NCBI GenBank assembly: GCA_964106915.2
Contig: OZ066929.1
Length of the DNA: 64,000 nucleotides
Strand: one strand, 5' to 3'
Source of the DNA: Podarcis gaigeae
Lineage: Eukaryota
The position numbers were made by a program, and so were the translations under genes. Below are positions 22,301 through 35,449 of this stretch, one piece after another. Every line of letters starts with the position of its first letter. Position 1 is the first letter of the stretch. The notes under the pieces were generated by a model that ran no database searches, was not told where the DNA came from, and saw nothing but the letters and a program-made list of their open reading frames with translations.

Positions 22301-24842
22301 GTACGGTACCTTCATAAACCATGGATAAAAACCGAAATGTGTGTTACTTTCTATGAAAACCAGATGGGCAGAGGTTGGGGGAGGAGATAGAGGAGAGAAG
22401 GGAAGCTGTCACCACATTTTTTACACTTACTGTTAATTTATTTTGTTTTGCTTTGCTAGCACTGGAAAGTGGGACCCACCAATAAATGATCCTCTGATAG
22501 TGGAGGTCCCTGAAGTCTCAAACATCCTGCTCAGGGAGTCCATAAATTAGCATTGCCCAGCCACACACGCACACACACAGGTTCAGTTTGAGTTATTCAT
22601 GCTTTAAAACGTAAAGCACTGATTCTCACTTTGAACTTTGGCTTTGATAGTATATTTACAAACATCTTTCTTTATACTAGGCAATTAATTTCGTTTTGAT
22701 TTTCAGTTATCATAATCTGCTTCAGTATCCTGCAGCCATCAGCACAGCGTACACAAACAGAGCTTCTTCCTGACGCTTTCTAAACTAGTTCCCTCTGAAT
22801 TTTAAATCCCTGCCCTGCCTTCCCACCCATCACTTTGAGCCAAGATACATCCTACACAGTCAACCACCATCAGACATCATTTGTACCACCCACCCCTTCC
22901 TGTGAGCTGCTCTCTCCCTCTTCTGATAACCGGGCATGGTTGCCAAACCCATCTTCCATTGTCATCACCACCCCCTGGATGCTTCTGTTGCAGCTTTTTT
23001 TTATTTTTCTTTCGATAAGAAGAGATGCCAGACAGAGTCCTGTACGGAAGGTGAGACTGCACTACTCTCTTCACAGGCAGCCTTTGATATTGTTACAATC
23101 TCCCCTTTGCTTAACGCGAAGTTTGCCATTCACCTTCCAGGCAGTTGTTGTGCCTTCACTCTCTTTATGTCCCTGTCTTCCGCTTTGCTTTCCCAGGGAT
23201 TCAGAATTAATGGATCTGTACAAATAACAAAAAACTTTCCTTCCCGTGTGCCTTAGCTATCATTTTCTGTTGTCTTGTCTAGCCTTTTGCCTCATTACAT
23301 TTTTCTCCTTCCAGGATCTTAAGAAACCAAAGCTCCTATAGGTTTCTGTGTGTTCCCAGAGTGCCTGAGTGGTTTGTTTTGTCTTCAGCATTATGGAGTG
23401 GGTCTGCCCACACACTGACCCACCATTTACCTTCTAGCACTTTGTGGTGGTGGTCCACAGGTTAACCTCAATATGTGCCTTATAAACCTGTGCAAGGAGC
23501 AGACTGAAGACTCCAGATAAATGCAATTTGAAGGGTGGAGGGTCTCAGCAGGCTACCTGATGAAGAGCAGAGCTCATTTTCATGTGAAATGACTTACGGA
23601 GTTTAAATCGTCATGGTGAGGTGTCTTTCCTGGGAGGCAAGTTAAGTTGTGGCAACTGTATTGCTTTTATAACCCCTAATAGATGTTCAGACTCGACTAA
23701 CTTTCCCCCACTCACTCCTTAAGACTCTGCCTTCATAGGAGGTCTTGCCATGACCTCAGGGTAGAATATCGACTTCTGGGGGTTTGCAGTATGAGGTCTT
23801 TTTTTCTGCATGGCTAGGGGTTTGCATCTGATATTTCAGACCAGAAGACATTCATCCTGCTTTGTTTTTTCACCACCTAAAAGTGAAAATGTAACTTCGA
23901 TGGGAGAGGACATCTTAGGGCGACTGGGTATCGAGCTAAACTCTCCTTCAGGAATAAGTGCTCAAAGCAAAATATGTGTGCATTAAAAACTGCACCCAGG
24001 TTGGTGCTGGACAGCGAAGCAGAGTGCTTTTTAAAACTCAGAGTAAAAATAATGTAAGTTGGAATGATAGAGAAGGATTCTCTTGCTCACATGGGGAAAG
24101 ACAGTAATAAAGCTCTGGCCAGCAGTACAGTATTTGGATGGGTGGGGGAACTGACTGTAAATGAGCTCTCTCTTCAGCACCATCCAACCTCTGAGAGACA
24201 CCAGGAGGTAGGAGGAAGATGACTAGTCACTGACAGCTTCTTATCCATCATTTTGTTGTTCCTTTTTGTTAGGCTCTGGCTCCTCAGTTTTTCTTTAAAA
24301 CCAGCTGAAACCAATGGGATTCCAAAGTCCATGTTTCCATATAGGTGGACCATTGCACCCACTATTCTTTTAAAGAACTGACTTATCCCTCTTCTTCACC
24401 CCTCTGTTTGTTTCTGTGGTTGCTGTCTTCTATAAATATAATAAGACTACTTCTTTATGCCATTTCCATGCCGATTCTGTGGATTTTAATTTCACAAAGT
24501 TTCCCTCCGGGTGCTGCTAATTTTGTTTGTAATTTTTTGTTTGTATTTTTTTTTTAGAAGAATTTCCCCCTTCTTTTTAAGCTTTATCAGTTTAATTCCA
24601 CATAAGCTGGTAATATGGCTCAGTTTCATTGCAGGAAATTTTGCAGACAAGATGCAATCTTCTTCGTGATTGGCTGTGTGGTGTGTCCTTCCCTTCCTCT
24701 TTTTTCCACATCACTCTTTATATTACCTTCAGCCACAATCAGGAACCCAACAGACCCTTTCCCCTGTAAGACTCTTCTGATGAATTGGAATCTTCCATCT
24801 CTTCCCAGAATCCACAGGCTCCTTGTGTGTGTGTGTTAATTT

Positions 24843-24874
<32 letters not shown>

Positions 24875-27477
24875 TTAATTGATTACTCCTATGAGTTGTC
24901 CATTGATTAATGTCTCATAAACTCATATATGGGTGAAAACTATATTTATGAAGCAAAAAGCTCTTTCTTCCTAGATAACAAGTGTGTGCGACACAGCACG
25001 CATTTCCTCCTATATGTGTAAGAGAATGGACATTGCCTCTTTTCAGGTGGTGTAATTTCCCTCTGCAGTTTTTATAAGCGCTTACTTTAAATATATATGG
25101 TTCTTCTTTTTTTAGCTGATGGCATTTTGGGCAATTAAAGGTGTTAAATACCAATTAACAAAAATGTTGCAATCCTTCTATACAAATGAGTTGGAGGGCT
25201 TCGGATCATTTGTGCACTTCAAAGTAGATATAATGGTGCTAGCTCAGGGCCTGTCAGTATAATGGGTCCCAAAACTCAGGTAAGTAGTAGACATCTTTGT
25301 TGAAATGTGGGTTTTGGTATCTTATGCTTTGCTCTTTCAGCAGAAGATTAAAACAGTGAATGGGACCAATTGGGGCTCCTGATTGTGGCCACAGGTAATT
25401 CCTGGCTTTTAGTTGGATTTAAGCAACTGTTTCCCCCCACCCCCCTCTTCTTTAAGCCAACGTCAGGCCTCCTCAGAGGGTAATTCTGGACCCTTTGCTT
25501 TAACTCAAGGCGTTTCATCCACGCACCAGCCATCTTATATCTTCTGCATACAGTTTCTCAAGAGCTACATCTTCCCTAGGCACAAAGTGCCCTTGTGGTG
25601 TTAACAAATGATCTGGCACTGAGGCATAGTTAAGCTGAGATTGCCACTAGGACAACTTTGTCAAATCCCTTCTTTCATTCTCCCCCCCCCCCTTTTCCGT
25701 GATGGATGGGATCTTGCAGAGTTGCTGTGTCTTAGCAGACAAGCTGCGTACGTATTTATCTTATCCTGAAGGCTTGATATCTTCCTGCATGGAATTTAAC
25801 TTGGGCTCTCTCTCTTCAAACAGATGAAAGGTTAGAGAACCGAATGCCCCCCCTCCTTCTCCTTTTCCGCAAGAGAGTAGGCTGCCTGCTTAAATTTGCC
25901 TTGTATATTATTGCCTGACAAATGGGTACAGAAATGAATTTCCGTTCTCTCGCTGCATTCTGTAGTACTTTAGAGCCACCCATTAGCCTTAAAAGCTTCA
26001 GCAGCCAAACACCAATGATTAAATGTCGGTATAAAACTCCAGGAATGTATTTTCTTCCTTCCGTGCTAAAGGTTTGTGTAACCGAAAACCATTCTCCAAA
26101 TGAAATTAGCATAATTACCAACATTTTATGCAGTAGTCACAGGGAAAAATGCTTTCCTAAAAGCCTCAAGGGGCAACAGATCATTTCTGCTGTTGCTCTT
26201 ACCCCTTCCCACATCACCACCTGCTTAAAACCTATATATACAAGCACAGAGAGGCTTGCGAAGTCCAGTGGGTGTAAATTACCTCAGATTCAAGTTTGGG
26301 TGCTATGGGTGACCTTCATAAAGCCCCAAGCTCTTCAAATTAAAATGGGCAGGTGATAATGATCCCACTGTTCTTGGCAGCCCCTTGTCATAGTCCCTGG
26401 AGTGGGGGCAATTTAACAGTATAGTTGCAATGTCATTTGTTTTATGCCAGAAGCCTGCAGTTATCAGTCCCAAATGCCTTCTTTCAAGCCTGACCCCAGT
26501 TAGTTGTGCTTGCAAAGGAACTCCAGCACTGCTGATGAAGCACAGTAAATTATTTTATTTCTTGCCCACATTGTAATTAAGAATGATTTGTCCATTGGCC
26601 TTTGATGGCTAGTCTCTGGATGCTTCATGCTCTCCCCACCAAGTTTCCCCTAACTAGAGATCCGTTTCCCAGCATGTCATGTGATAATTTGACTGGGTAA
26701 CCCTTTGTCTATCACGGGTTTGATTCGTTTTGTGTTTGGCCCTTTCCCTGGCAAGCAGCACCACTTCCCCCCAACCCCATAAAAAAACCCACCACCCTTT
26801 TATATCACTTCAAAAATGTCCTTGTGGCTTTATTCATTAAGACATACAATATGATATGGCAGAGCAAGCTGCATAATTTAAATTGCCCCTGGAGTCTTCC
26901 CTTGAAATGTTCCATTTGGACAGCTGTTATTTTCTGCAAGATAATTAAAAAGTTCTTAATATTTGTTTAAAAATAAACCCTTCTTTTCTTTGGGGCAAAG
27001 CACATGTGTGTGTGTGTGTTCAGTTTATCTGTCCTCCTCTGATAGACCAATTGTTCTTCCACCCAAGTACATTGGTGCTTGTGCATGTGTTGCAACTGCA
27101 GGCATGGGCTTGCAGCCTCCCCTGTTTGTCTCTTGGTTTCTATGCTAATAGAACAAAAGACATCTTCAGCATCTTCCCATGGAGTCCCTAGTGCTGGAAC
27201 TGGCATGTTGGATCATGCCTAGGATGGAGATTCCATTATGTCTTCAGCAGGGGCACCAGCACAATCACAAGCAACTTCGTGATTCCTCCAAAATTCACTC
27301 TCACTCACAGCCTGAACATGTTATCTGTTTTCCTTCCTGTAAAACAACATTATGGCTTTAAAAAAAACAAAAACCAGACTGAGATGGCGTGTTGTTAAGA
27401 CAGCAAGAAGGTTACAAAAATGTTCATGTACTAGTCTTTCTCTCCCCCCCCCCCCACTTTAAACAACAGATGCAGTG

Positions 27478-27762
27478 GAATTAATGGGCAATAGATTCAG
27501 ATAATGCATCATTAATTTGTGGAATCTGCTGTTGCAAGATGAGCTTTAAAGGGAGAGTTAGACAAATTCCTGGAGGACAATTGGTCTGTCATTGCGTATT
27601 GGGCATGGTGGCAGAGGAGCACCATTGGCAGTGAGTTATTGCTTTCATGAACTTCTTGCAGGCTTTTGGGGAACTTCAGGTCTTCCACTGTGGGTAGCTG
27701 CCAGATGCTGGAATAGATGGGCCCACCTGGGTTTCGTCTTGCAGGCTTTCCCTATGTTTTTA
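27478..27762 (+). mobile_element. Degenerate CR1 LINE 3' fragment
   Basis: taatttgtggaatc...gctttaaagggagagttagacaaattcctggagga...gatgctggaatagatgggcc. Confidence 0.6.
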
Positions 27763-28217
27763 GAGATGTACTTCAGCAAAGGACTTGAGGTATTTCACCC
27801 AAGGATTTAAAATAAGTATTTGAATGTCTTGTAAATCAAATTAGTGCCAGACTGTCTAAAATGGTATATTTGAGCCAACACAACCCCGCATTTGAAAATT
27901 TAGCTAAGACTCATTGGAGGCCCAAGCCTGCTCACATCACCTTTTAATTTGGTGCTTACTGTCACAATATACAAGAATCACATTAGCGTTATCAAAACCT
28001 TGCTTCAGACATTTGACTCAAGCTGCTGCTTCTTTTTGGTTGTGAGACGTGGATAAATTTGTTTGAGAGTTTTTTGTGCATATTTGCACTACAAATATTT
28101 AATGGACGTAAATGTTTGGAATCACTCCTTTCCATTTTTCAGAAATTCAGAAGAAGCAACCACTGTTCTTCTGCCAGACTGAATTTTGCAGTGTGGCACA
28201 TGTTTCCTTCTCCACAG

Positions 28218-28358
28218 CAGGTTGGCCAAGCTGGTTTCCTCCAGATGGTTTGGTCTGTGGCTGCCATCAGCCCCGAGGTCATCTTACACCCCTGCTGGCT
28301 GGGACCAATGGCTGTTGTAGTTCAAAACATCTGGAGGGCACCAGCTTGGTGAAGGCTG
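28218..28358. mobile_element. Palindromic hAT-like MITE
   Basis: ccaagctggtttcctccagatg ... catctggagggcaccagcttgg inverted arms. Confidence 0.7.
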
Positions 28359-31300
28359 CAAAGGTGGCCTTTGTACATCCCCCGAGACGGGCGCTTGGTT
28401 CCCAGGAGCATTTCGCAGACTGGCATAACCTTCAGTTCCCGCAAATTATTTATTGTATCATCTTGGCTTTCTGTGGAGGCTTCCTTGTGTCTCTGGTAAA
28501 ATGTCAAGTTAATTTAGAGTTGATGTTGCGATCTCCTGACATTTTCATCCACTGTGTGACCACATTAAAAGGGAAGAGAGGAGGAGGTAGAGCCCCCTAT
28601 ACCTGGGAAGAAATAAGTAGGAGAAGCGGTTTCTGCTGCCAGTGCACAGCCAAGAACCAGCAAGAGCATTTCCCCCCCTTTTTAAGGAATCAAGCCCTTT
28701 CTCTGAGGAAACCAGTTTCACTTATGCATTGAAAGAAAACTTCTCGAATTGAAGGGGGAAAGGCAGCTTAAATAATATTAAGCTTCCATGTATTCTGATG
28801 GCTTCTCATTTCATTCCTAGCATACCTGGAAGTTCCTAGAGTTGTAAAAGAAATGTATAGTTTACCTCGGCTTCTGCTACCCCACTTCTGGCCAGTTAGC
28901 TGTGTCGACAGGATTGGTCCCACCTGTCTTCTTGGATCAGCTGCTGAGGACAGCAAATGTTGGGTACACTGAACTGGCTTCCTCGAACCCCTCTCCCCTG
29001 CAAAAAAAAGGGGGGGACAATTCTTCTAGGTTCATTGTGCAACTCCTATTTGCTGTGTTGGGACTTGCACAGGAGACATTCCAGCTGGGATTGGGTGACC
29101 TTTGATTAAAATTGCTTTTTGTTTCCCCCAACGCCAGCGCTAAGGTGCTTTTGCATGTTCACTCAAGGATGCTTCATTTCACTAGGCTGGAGGCCTGGAT
29201 GGAGAGCTGTGTGGAATGAAGCGTTAAATCTCTGCCCAATATGCAGTTCCATGCTTCAAAAAATAATTTTCTATGCTACACAAAACTACTAAACGGATCC
29301 TGATTATTTTTGTGAAACATCTGGTCCGCAAATGAAGCTATCTCGTGGGTGTAGTACAAGCAGGACGCTGTAGAAAACGACGCTTCCAACACTCTCGCTT
29401 GGAAGTGCTGTTTTGCATAGCATGCTCTTGTTCCGACAGCAGCGTGAGACGGGGCATCTCCTGCCCCCTTCCTTTCAGGGAGCTTCCGCTCGCTCTGTCT
29501 AGGCCTGTTACATCCCTGCTACCGTGTCCTTTCTGCCCTGCAAATCCTGCAGTTGTCTAGTTTAACTGAAACATAATACAGATCGAAGGAGCTGAGACAG
29601 GTGGGAATAAATGGAAGATTTTGACTATGTCCTGCTTTTTACAGCCACCTATAGATCTGTTTCCATCATGCATTCTTCTAAGCATCCCAGGGGCAAACGA
29701 CTGTCCAGCCATAGGGTTCTTGAGCTCGATAATCTTGACCCAGAATGGCAGCTCTTTCAGCTCTGTGGGCAAATTCTATGTCAAATTACCCTCTTTTTCT
29801 TCTTTTTAAAAAACAAATAAATGAAAGATTATGTCTTAATAGCATGCTTTGATTGCAGCATGGCATCTCAGGTAGGTGATAATTATACAAACAGTTAATA
29901 CTCTGGGGGAAGCATAGTTTCTCAAAGCAGAAGCAGTTAAGTTGCCTGGATTCTATAGGCTGGCAACAGATTTAGGACTTTTTTAAAAAAGCTGTCCTTG
30001 GATTTTCATTTACGGAACCCATTCTGTTAGAGACTGTGGACTAATTTTATGGATTAGTTTTTAAACCCCCCAGTCTGTCACACTCAGTGAACAATTTTAA
30101 GTTGGAGAGAAGCCATCTGAATGGATTAGAATGTGCCACCGAGGAGTTTGAATGCCACTGTTTCAACTTAATATTGCCCAGCTGTCTCAGAGGCTGGCTT
30201 GTTAGGGGGGTGGGTAGTTCTTTTACACTGACCATGTTAAATGACTGATATCCAAAGGGATAGACAATGCCACCTTCCCCCGCCCCCCGCCCCCCACTTT
30301 GTAAGATAACATCATCCATGACAAAATATTTAATGTCTTTGGTATCTGGTTATGTTTATTTTTATTATCAAGAGTTTCTAACACTTGAGATAAAAAGCAA
30401 CTTGATACTTAGAATGCAGTTTTCCTGCAGCTGGGCCACTCATTCCCCAGTTACAATGTTTGGATTATATTTGAAAAGCAAACACATAGTTGGTACACAC
30501 ATAGATGGGGTGGTGGGAGGGAAAGAAGGGGGATGCTGAGAAATGGGGGACATGCTTCTATTACTCCACATCCTCAGTAAATTTTAAGTTTGTCACTGCT
30601 CTTTAAGACTGGACAGATAATTGATTCACTCGTGTGTTGTTGTTTTACATGAACTAGTGGCTTTGTGAATGGGATATGCCATAGTATTGTTAGCAAATAG
30701 ACTCCTTTTGTCCCCTCTGTCACTTGTGGGACCTACAGAATTTCTGGCAGATTATTTTTGATCTGTTCCTTAGTGTTTTTACCCCAAAGAGACAAAGAAG
30801 GTGGTAATTCCTCCTCCTTTCAAAGTGGGGTGGGGTGGAGTGGGGGAACCATTGTTCTTCTTCTATGTGTTGCTTTCTGCTTTTGAAAATGAAGCCATTT
30901 GTTCCTGGACATCACTGTAAAGTGCCTTAAGAAAGTTATACATATATATATCAGCATGAATGCCATTGCTAAACCAGGAGCTCATTTGGGAAGATGGCCT
31001 AGACTGAGTTGGACTTCGAGGCAGTGCACCTTTTAATCATTAACTGCTTTATTTCCTGCTGTGATCACCCAGCCCATCTGCTAATCATAACTTTGCCATT
31101 CCAGCTGCAGCCAACATGATGTTGTTTGACTTTGAATATTTGTTCGCCTTTTAACTGCTTGAGAACTTTGTGTTTCATTTTTGTTTGTTTGTTACCTGCT
31201 GATCTCTGTCCCTGGATGGGAAAAGCGAGCTGCACTGTCCACATGGAACACTGTTCCTTGACTAATAATCTTTTTCCAGCATATGAGCAGAAGTTCTGAT

Positions 31301-31837
31301 TTCGGCACGGTTTAATTTTGAACTGGAAGTTCACATAATTTCCCACACACATAAACAGACACACAGAGGAAACAGGTTAGTCAGTTATTCTAGGGAGAGC
31401 ATGAAATTTCAGGTGTTAACACACAGCTCGTCCAATTTAATCCTAGCATCCCCTCTGACCTTTCCTTTACACCTTTGAATCCCCCACCAGTTAAAATGAG
31501 ACATTGTAGGCTATGCAATTGAGGATGAAAGAGGCAGGCCTCAAACTTCTGTTTCATTAACTGTCAAGCATTTTTGATGCTTTAATTTTGCCAAAGCTCC
31601 CAATGTGAGATCAGGAGCTTGGTGGTCCTGAACTGTGTGTTAGATTGGATTGCAAAGTGGAAAACTATCTGTGTTAGAATGGAGGATAAGATGTGCCATA
31701 GGTGAATTGCTGTCATATAAATCTTGATAAAACACCTATTTCAATTGTGCAAGGGGGTGTTGCTTTTCCTTCAATATTTTAAAATGTGCCAGCCTGTAAA
31801 TATCATGTATTTCCCCCCCCATGTGGATTATGTACCT

Positions 31838-31838
<1 letters not shown>

Positions 31839-31872
<34 letters not shown>
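31839..31872. repeat. (TAT)n microsatellite
   Basis: ~11 units; source of the poly-Leu ORF. Confidence 0.9.
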
Positions 31873-34195
31873 GTCTAACCTTTGCTCTGGAAAGTTAAGT
31901 ATGCATTGTCCTCTGTTTGATTGCAAAGGGAAAGTGGCCCCTGCTTTCTATTAAGTGGAAAGTCTGGCCATCTCTGGATTCTGAGGGTGGCATGTCAACT
32001 GTGGAGAAACACCTCCATGGGCTTGTCTTCTGTAATAATAAAAAAGCTCAAGTTCTAGGGTAGTTTATGAGCTCAATTACATGTTGTGGAGCCTTGCAGA
32101 AAGCTATTCTTTTGTTCATTTAAACATTGCCTGTGCTGAACTAAAGAGGAACCTCCCAAACCTTCTTTTGAGGTAAATGGCCGCCTTTGTGCTGCGCTGC
32201 AGAAACTCTGAACACTTAGCACTTTTCGAGCTGCTCCCAGAACAGCCGCCTCACCAATCCTATGGCCCCAACCCACATGTGTGGAGCTAAAGGTATATCA
32301 GTTTGTTGCTGAAATGGAAAGGGGGACAGGACCCTTTATGTACAACTCCTCCAGCACAGATGGCAAAGCGCTAGCTCACAAGCTGGATCTGGCCCACAAG
32401 TCTTTCCTCCACAGCCCCCTGCCCACTCTTCTGACCTTTAGGGAAGAGGATGCATGTCCAGCACTGATCCTATGGCCAGCGTGGCATAACATTATTCATC
32501 CTGCTCATCATGGAAGCCAAGCAAGCTGCCTGGAGAGGGACTGAGCGATCTGTCCATCCTCAGGCAGCCCACTTTGTTTCAGTGCTAGCTGTGTGCATAG
32601 CCATATTTTCTGCACAGTGATGAAAGTTAGGAGAGCAGAAAAGAAGTTGAACGCCTTTGCCTGAAACGACTTCAAGCATTTTTCTTCCAGTGAATTAACT
32701 TTCCTTCCAGGGTCTTTCTCTGTTGAAGGCAAGCCCCAGCCCCCTAGAGAGAGAATAGGGGGTGGGCCCACTCATGGGTGCTAGTTTACCCATGGAGGAA
32801 GGCAACCTATTACTCCCTCTCCCCCCAAAAGGTTCTCTACTCCCGCCCTCCTTAGGATTCTAATGTTGCTGAACAAGTGAAGGCTTAGCTGATTTATGTT
32901 GTAATTTTTGTTGTCATGGCTGAACCGTGGGCAAAACTAGGCAAAAGCAATATGTCTAACGTATGTTTTGACATATACAAATAGTCTTTGAATAAGGATT
33001 CTTTACACCCTTTGGGGATGCTTCAGAAGGTCCAGAAACCCAAGACTTGGGAAGGTAGGGAAGACCTTTTCCAGCGAGGCACATGGAGAATACATAGCAT
33101 CCTCTACACCCAAAGAGACACCTGATACCGGGACTGGGCTCCCTCAGTAAAGCTCCAGAGGGTAAGGCTGCCAGAGGACGTCCCATCTAGGAATGTTCCT
33201 CTCTTTGGTGCATTCACAGCCCTAAGGTAGGAGTATGTTTGACAACCCACTTAGTTCCACAAGCACTGGAGTCTGTCATGCTTGTAGCCTACATGCTGTT
33301 AAAATGAACTGAGAACGGCACACTCTGCTAGAACTGGGGTGCCCTCTCATTTCTCTAGTTACATCCCAAGCAACAGGAAACTTGTGGAAATGTTCACAGT
33401 TCTTCTCAGTATCTGGTCCACAGAGCACTCTCTAGAGATTGAGATCTTTGCAGAAAGCTTTTCTTCAGTTTGCAAAGATGGAATCTGTTCTGTCGTCTTT
33501 ATATATGTATCTCTTTATCTAAACTATGCATGACTTGCTAGAGGCAAGGCTACCTCCTCAATGATGACCTGTTTTGCAGCGTGAATGCAATGGCGTTGTA
33601 TGCATTCATTCTTGGGAGACTTCCTATCATTGGTATTCCCCGGGATCAGGTGGATGCAGAATGTTGCATAGCATCCACAGGTATTATGTGCATGACAAAA
33701 GGGAAAGGAGACCCCCGGCAGCCAGGTAATGCACTGACTCCTCTGGCATTCTCACATAGAGGGGAATGTCTTTTGCAAAGGCAATGTTTGAATGTATGAA
33801 AGCTTCTTCAAGACTTGCCTCTGCTTGCCCTGGAGCCCTTTGATGTCCCTGTGCTCACTTCCCCACGGAGCAGGTGGCTCTGGTGTTTCTCCCCACTTTG
33901 CATGTCTCCCTAACTCTTGACCACCAGAAAGCATCCCTGCTGGCAAATCTCCAGAACCAAAGCAAACAAGCCCCCCCCCCCCCAGGCTCACAGCTTTTAA
34001 GCTCAAGGCATGTCTCTTTAAAACAGTGCAACTCACTTCAAATGCTTTTTGCCTTTCATTTTATTATTGCTTGTCACGCAATGTTCTTTGAAAGCTTGCT
34101 CATATATTATCTGTTCCATTTTTTCCATTTCCCTTTTTTTGCATGCTGTTCCTCCTGTTTCTTCCCTTCCTCCAAACCTCTGTTCCCGTGTGTAG

Positions 34196-34228
34196 ACACA
34201 ACGGCGACGACAGAACCGGCAGTTCACG
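34196..34228 (+). CDS. CADM1: CADM1 alternative exon 9 (33 nt)
   Basis: Pyrimidine tract then gtgtgtAG|AC, donor CACG|GTtggt, phase 1-1. (D)TTATTEPAVH, same as the recalled mammalian exon 9 peptide. Confidence 0.93.
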
Positions 34229-35090
34229 GTTGGTATTGCATTCCTGTTTATCTTTTCTCTCAGCAGCGCTGTGCTGAGTGGCAAGGCAAGCCTGGGAGGA
34301 AAGGCAGGGGGCGGAGGGGGCGGGCAGAGAAATGAGGGAGCCAGAGATAAAGTTTTTTTTTTAGGGGGTTGGAGGACTAATGCTTCAAGTGGACTGATCT
34401 CATAAATATGCCATGATTTTTAAGACTCGAAGGGATGTCTAGCCTTGTCATTTCTGCTGCAAATTTAGCATTCAATTGTTGCAGGCCTGGGCATCCAGCT
34501 ATTCCCCAAACCTAGCAAAAACAGCAGGCATATCAGAGCAGAACAAGAGGAACGGCTGCATTTCAGCAACCAGTATTTCTGACAGTCAGAACGAAACATT
34601 ACAGAGGAATCTTGCTTTGGAAATTGTGGCCCAAATGTTGTTTTAATTGTAATGCCTGCAATTCCCAGGGAATCTCTCAGGTATGCAAGAGAGGCATAAG
34701 ACATTTAGTATGCTGAGGCAGTTCCACGGAGTAATCTGTCGTGTCATAGGTCACCAGGAAGCCTTTCATTAGCAAGCTTCCAAACACATGCTTCACTGCA
34801 ACGGGCTGTCCCTGGCCATGGTCAGAACAGACGAGCAAGCTCACCCCACTCACCTGTTTTGCGTCTCTTCCTTCAAACAGCTTGACAGCTTTCACGTCCC
34901 CCAGATTTTAAAGTAGGATCCAGTATCCCAGACTAGTAACTGAGTTGATAAAATAACTTTAATATACAAATTCCATTTACCTGACTAATTTTAACCCATA
35001 ACCTTATTGCTAAAAGTGCACCTTGTCTTTTCTTAAGAAGCATAAGACTTGGTGAAACTTATTGGAATGATGTGAGCCCTGAGTGAAAGA

Positions 35091-35220
35091 GCCGACATGG
35101 TGTCCTCTAGATGTTGCTGGACTACAGCTCCCATCAACCCTGGCCATTTGCTTGGCTGGCGGGGGCTGGCGGGAGTGGTAGTTCAGTAACTTACAGAAGG
35201 CTGTACATTGGCTTTGCTTG
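35091..35220. mobile_element. Palindromic hAT-like MITE
   Basis: ctctagatgttgctggactacagctcccatc...gggagtggtagttcagtaac. Confidence 0.65.
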
Positions 35221-35449
35221 GTCTACAACGGTGAGCAGCTCTGAGTCTGAGACTGGGGTCTTCCCCAGCCTTTGTCACACAAAATTCTTTCAAAGTTCAC
35301 TCACTCCCAATCTATTTTATCAGCCTTGAGGGAGACTTCTGTACCAAACATCACATTATGGTTATTGTGCAGTTCGTAATCGCCTATCCATACATAATCC
35401 AAAGGTTCACAAGGGGTCTACTAGGTCAAATTATTCATGACACTATAAC

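Noticed and set aside
28112-28732. Longest ORF in the track (206 aa)
   Set aside because: Runs through a MITE, has no recognisable domain and no splice context; consistent with chance.
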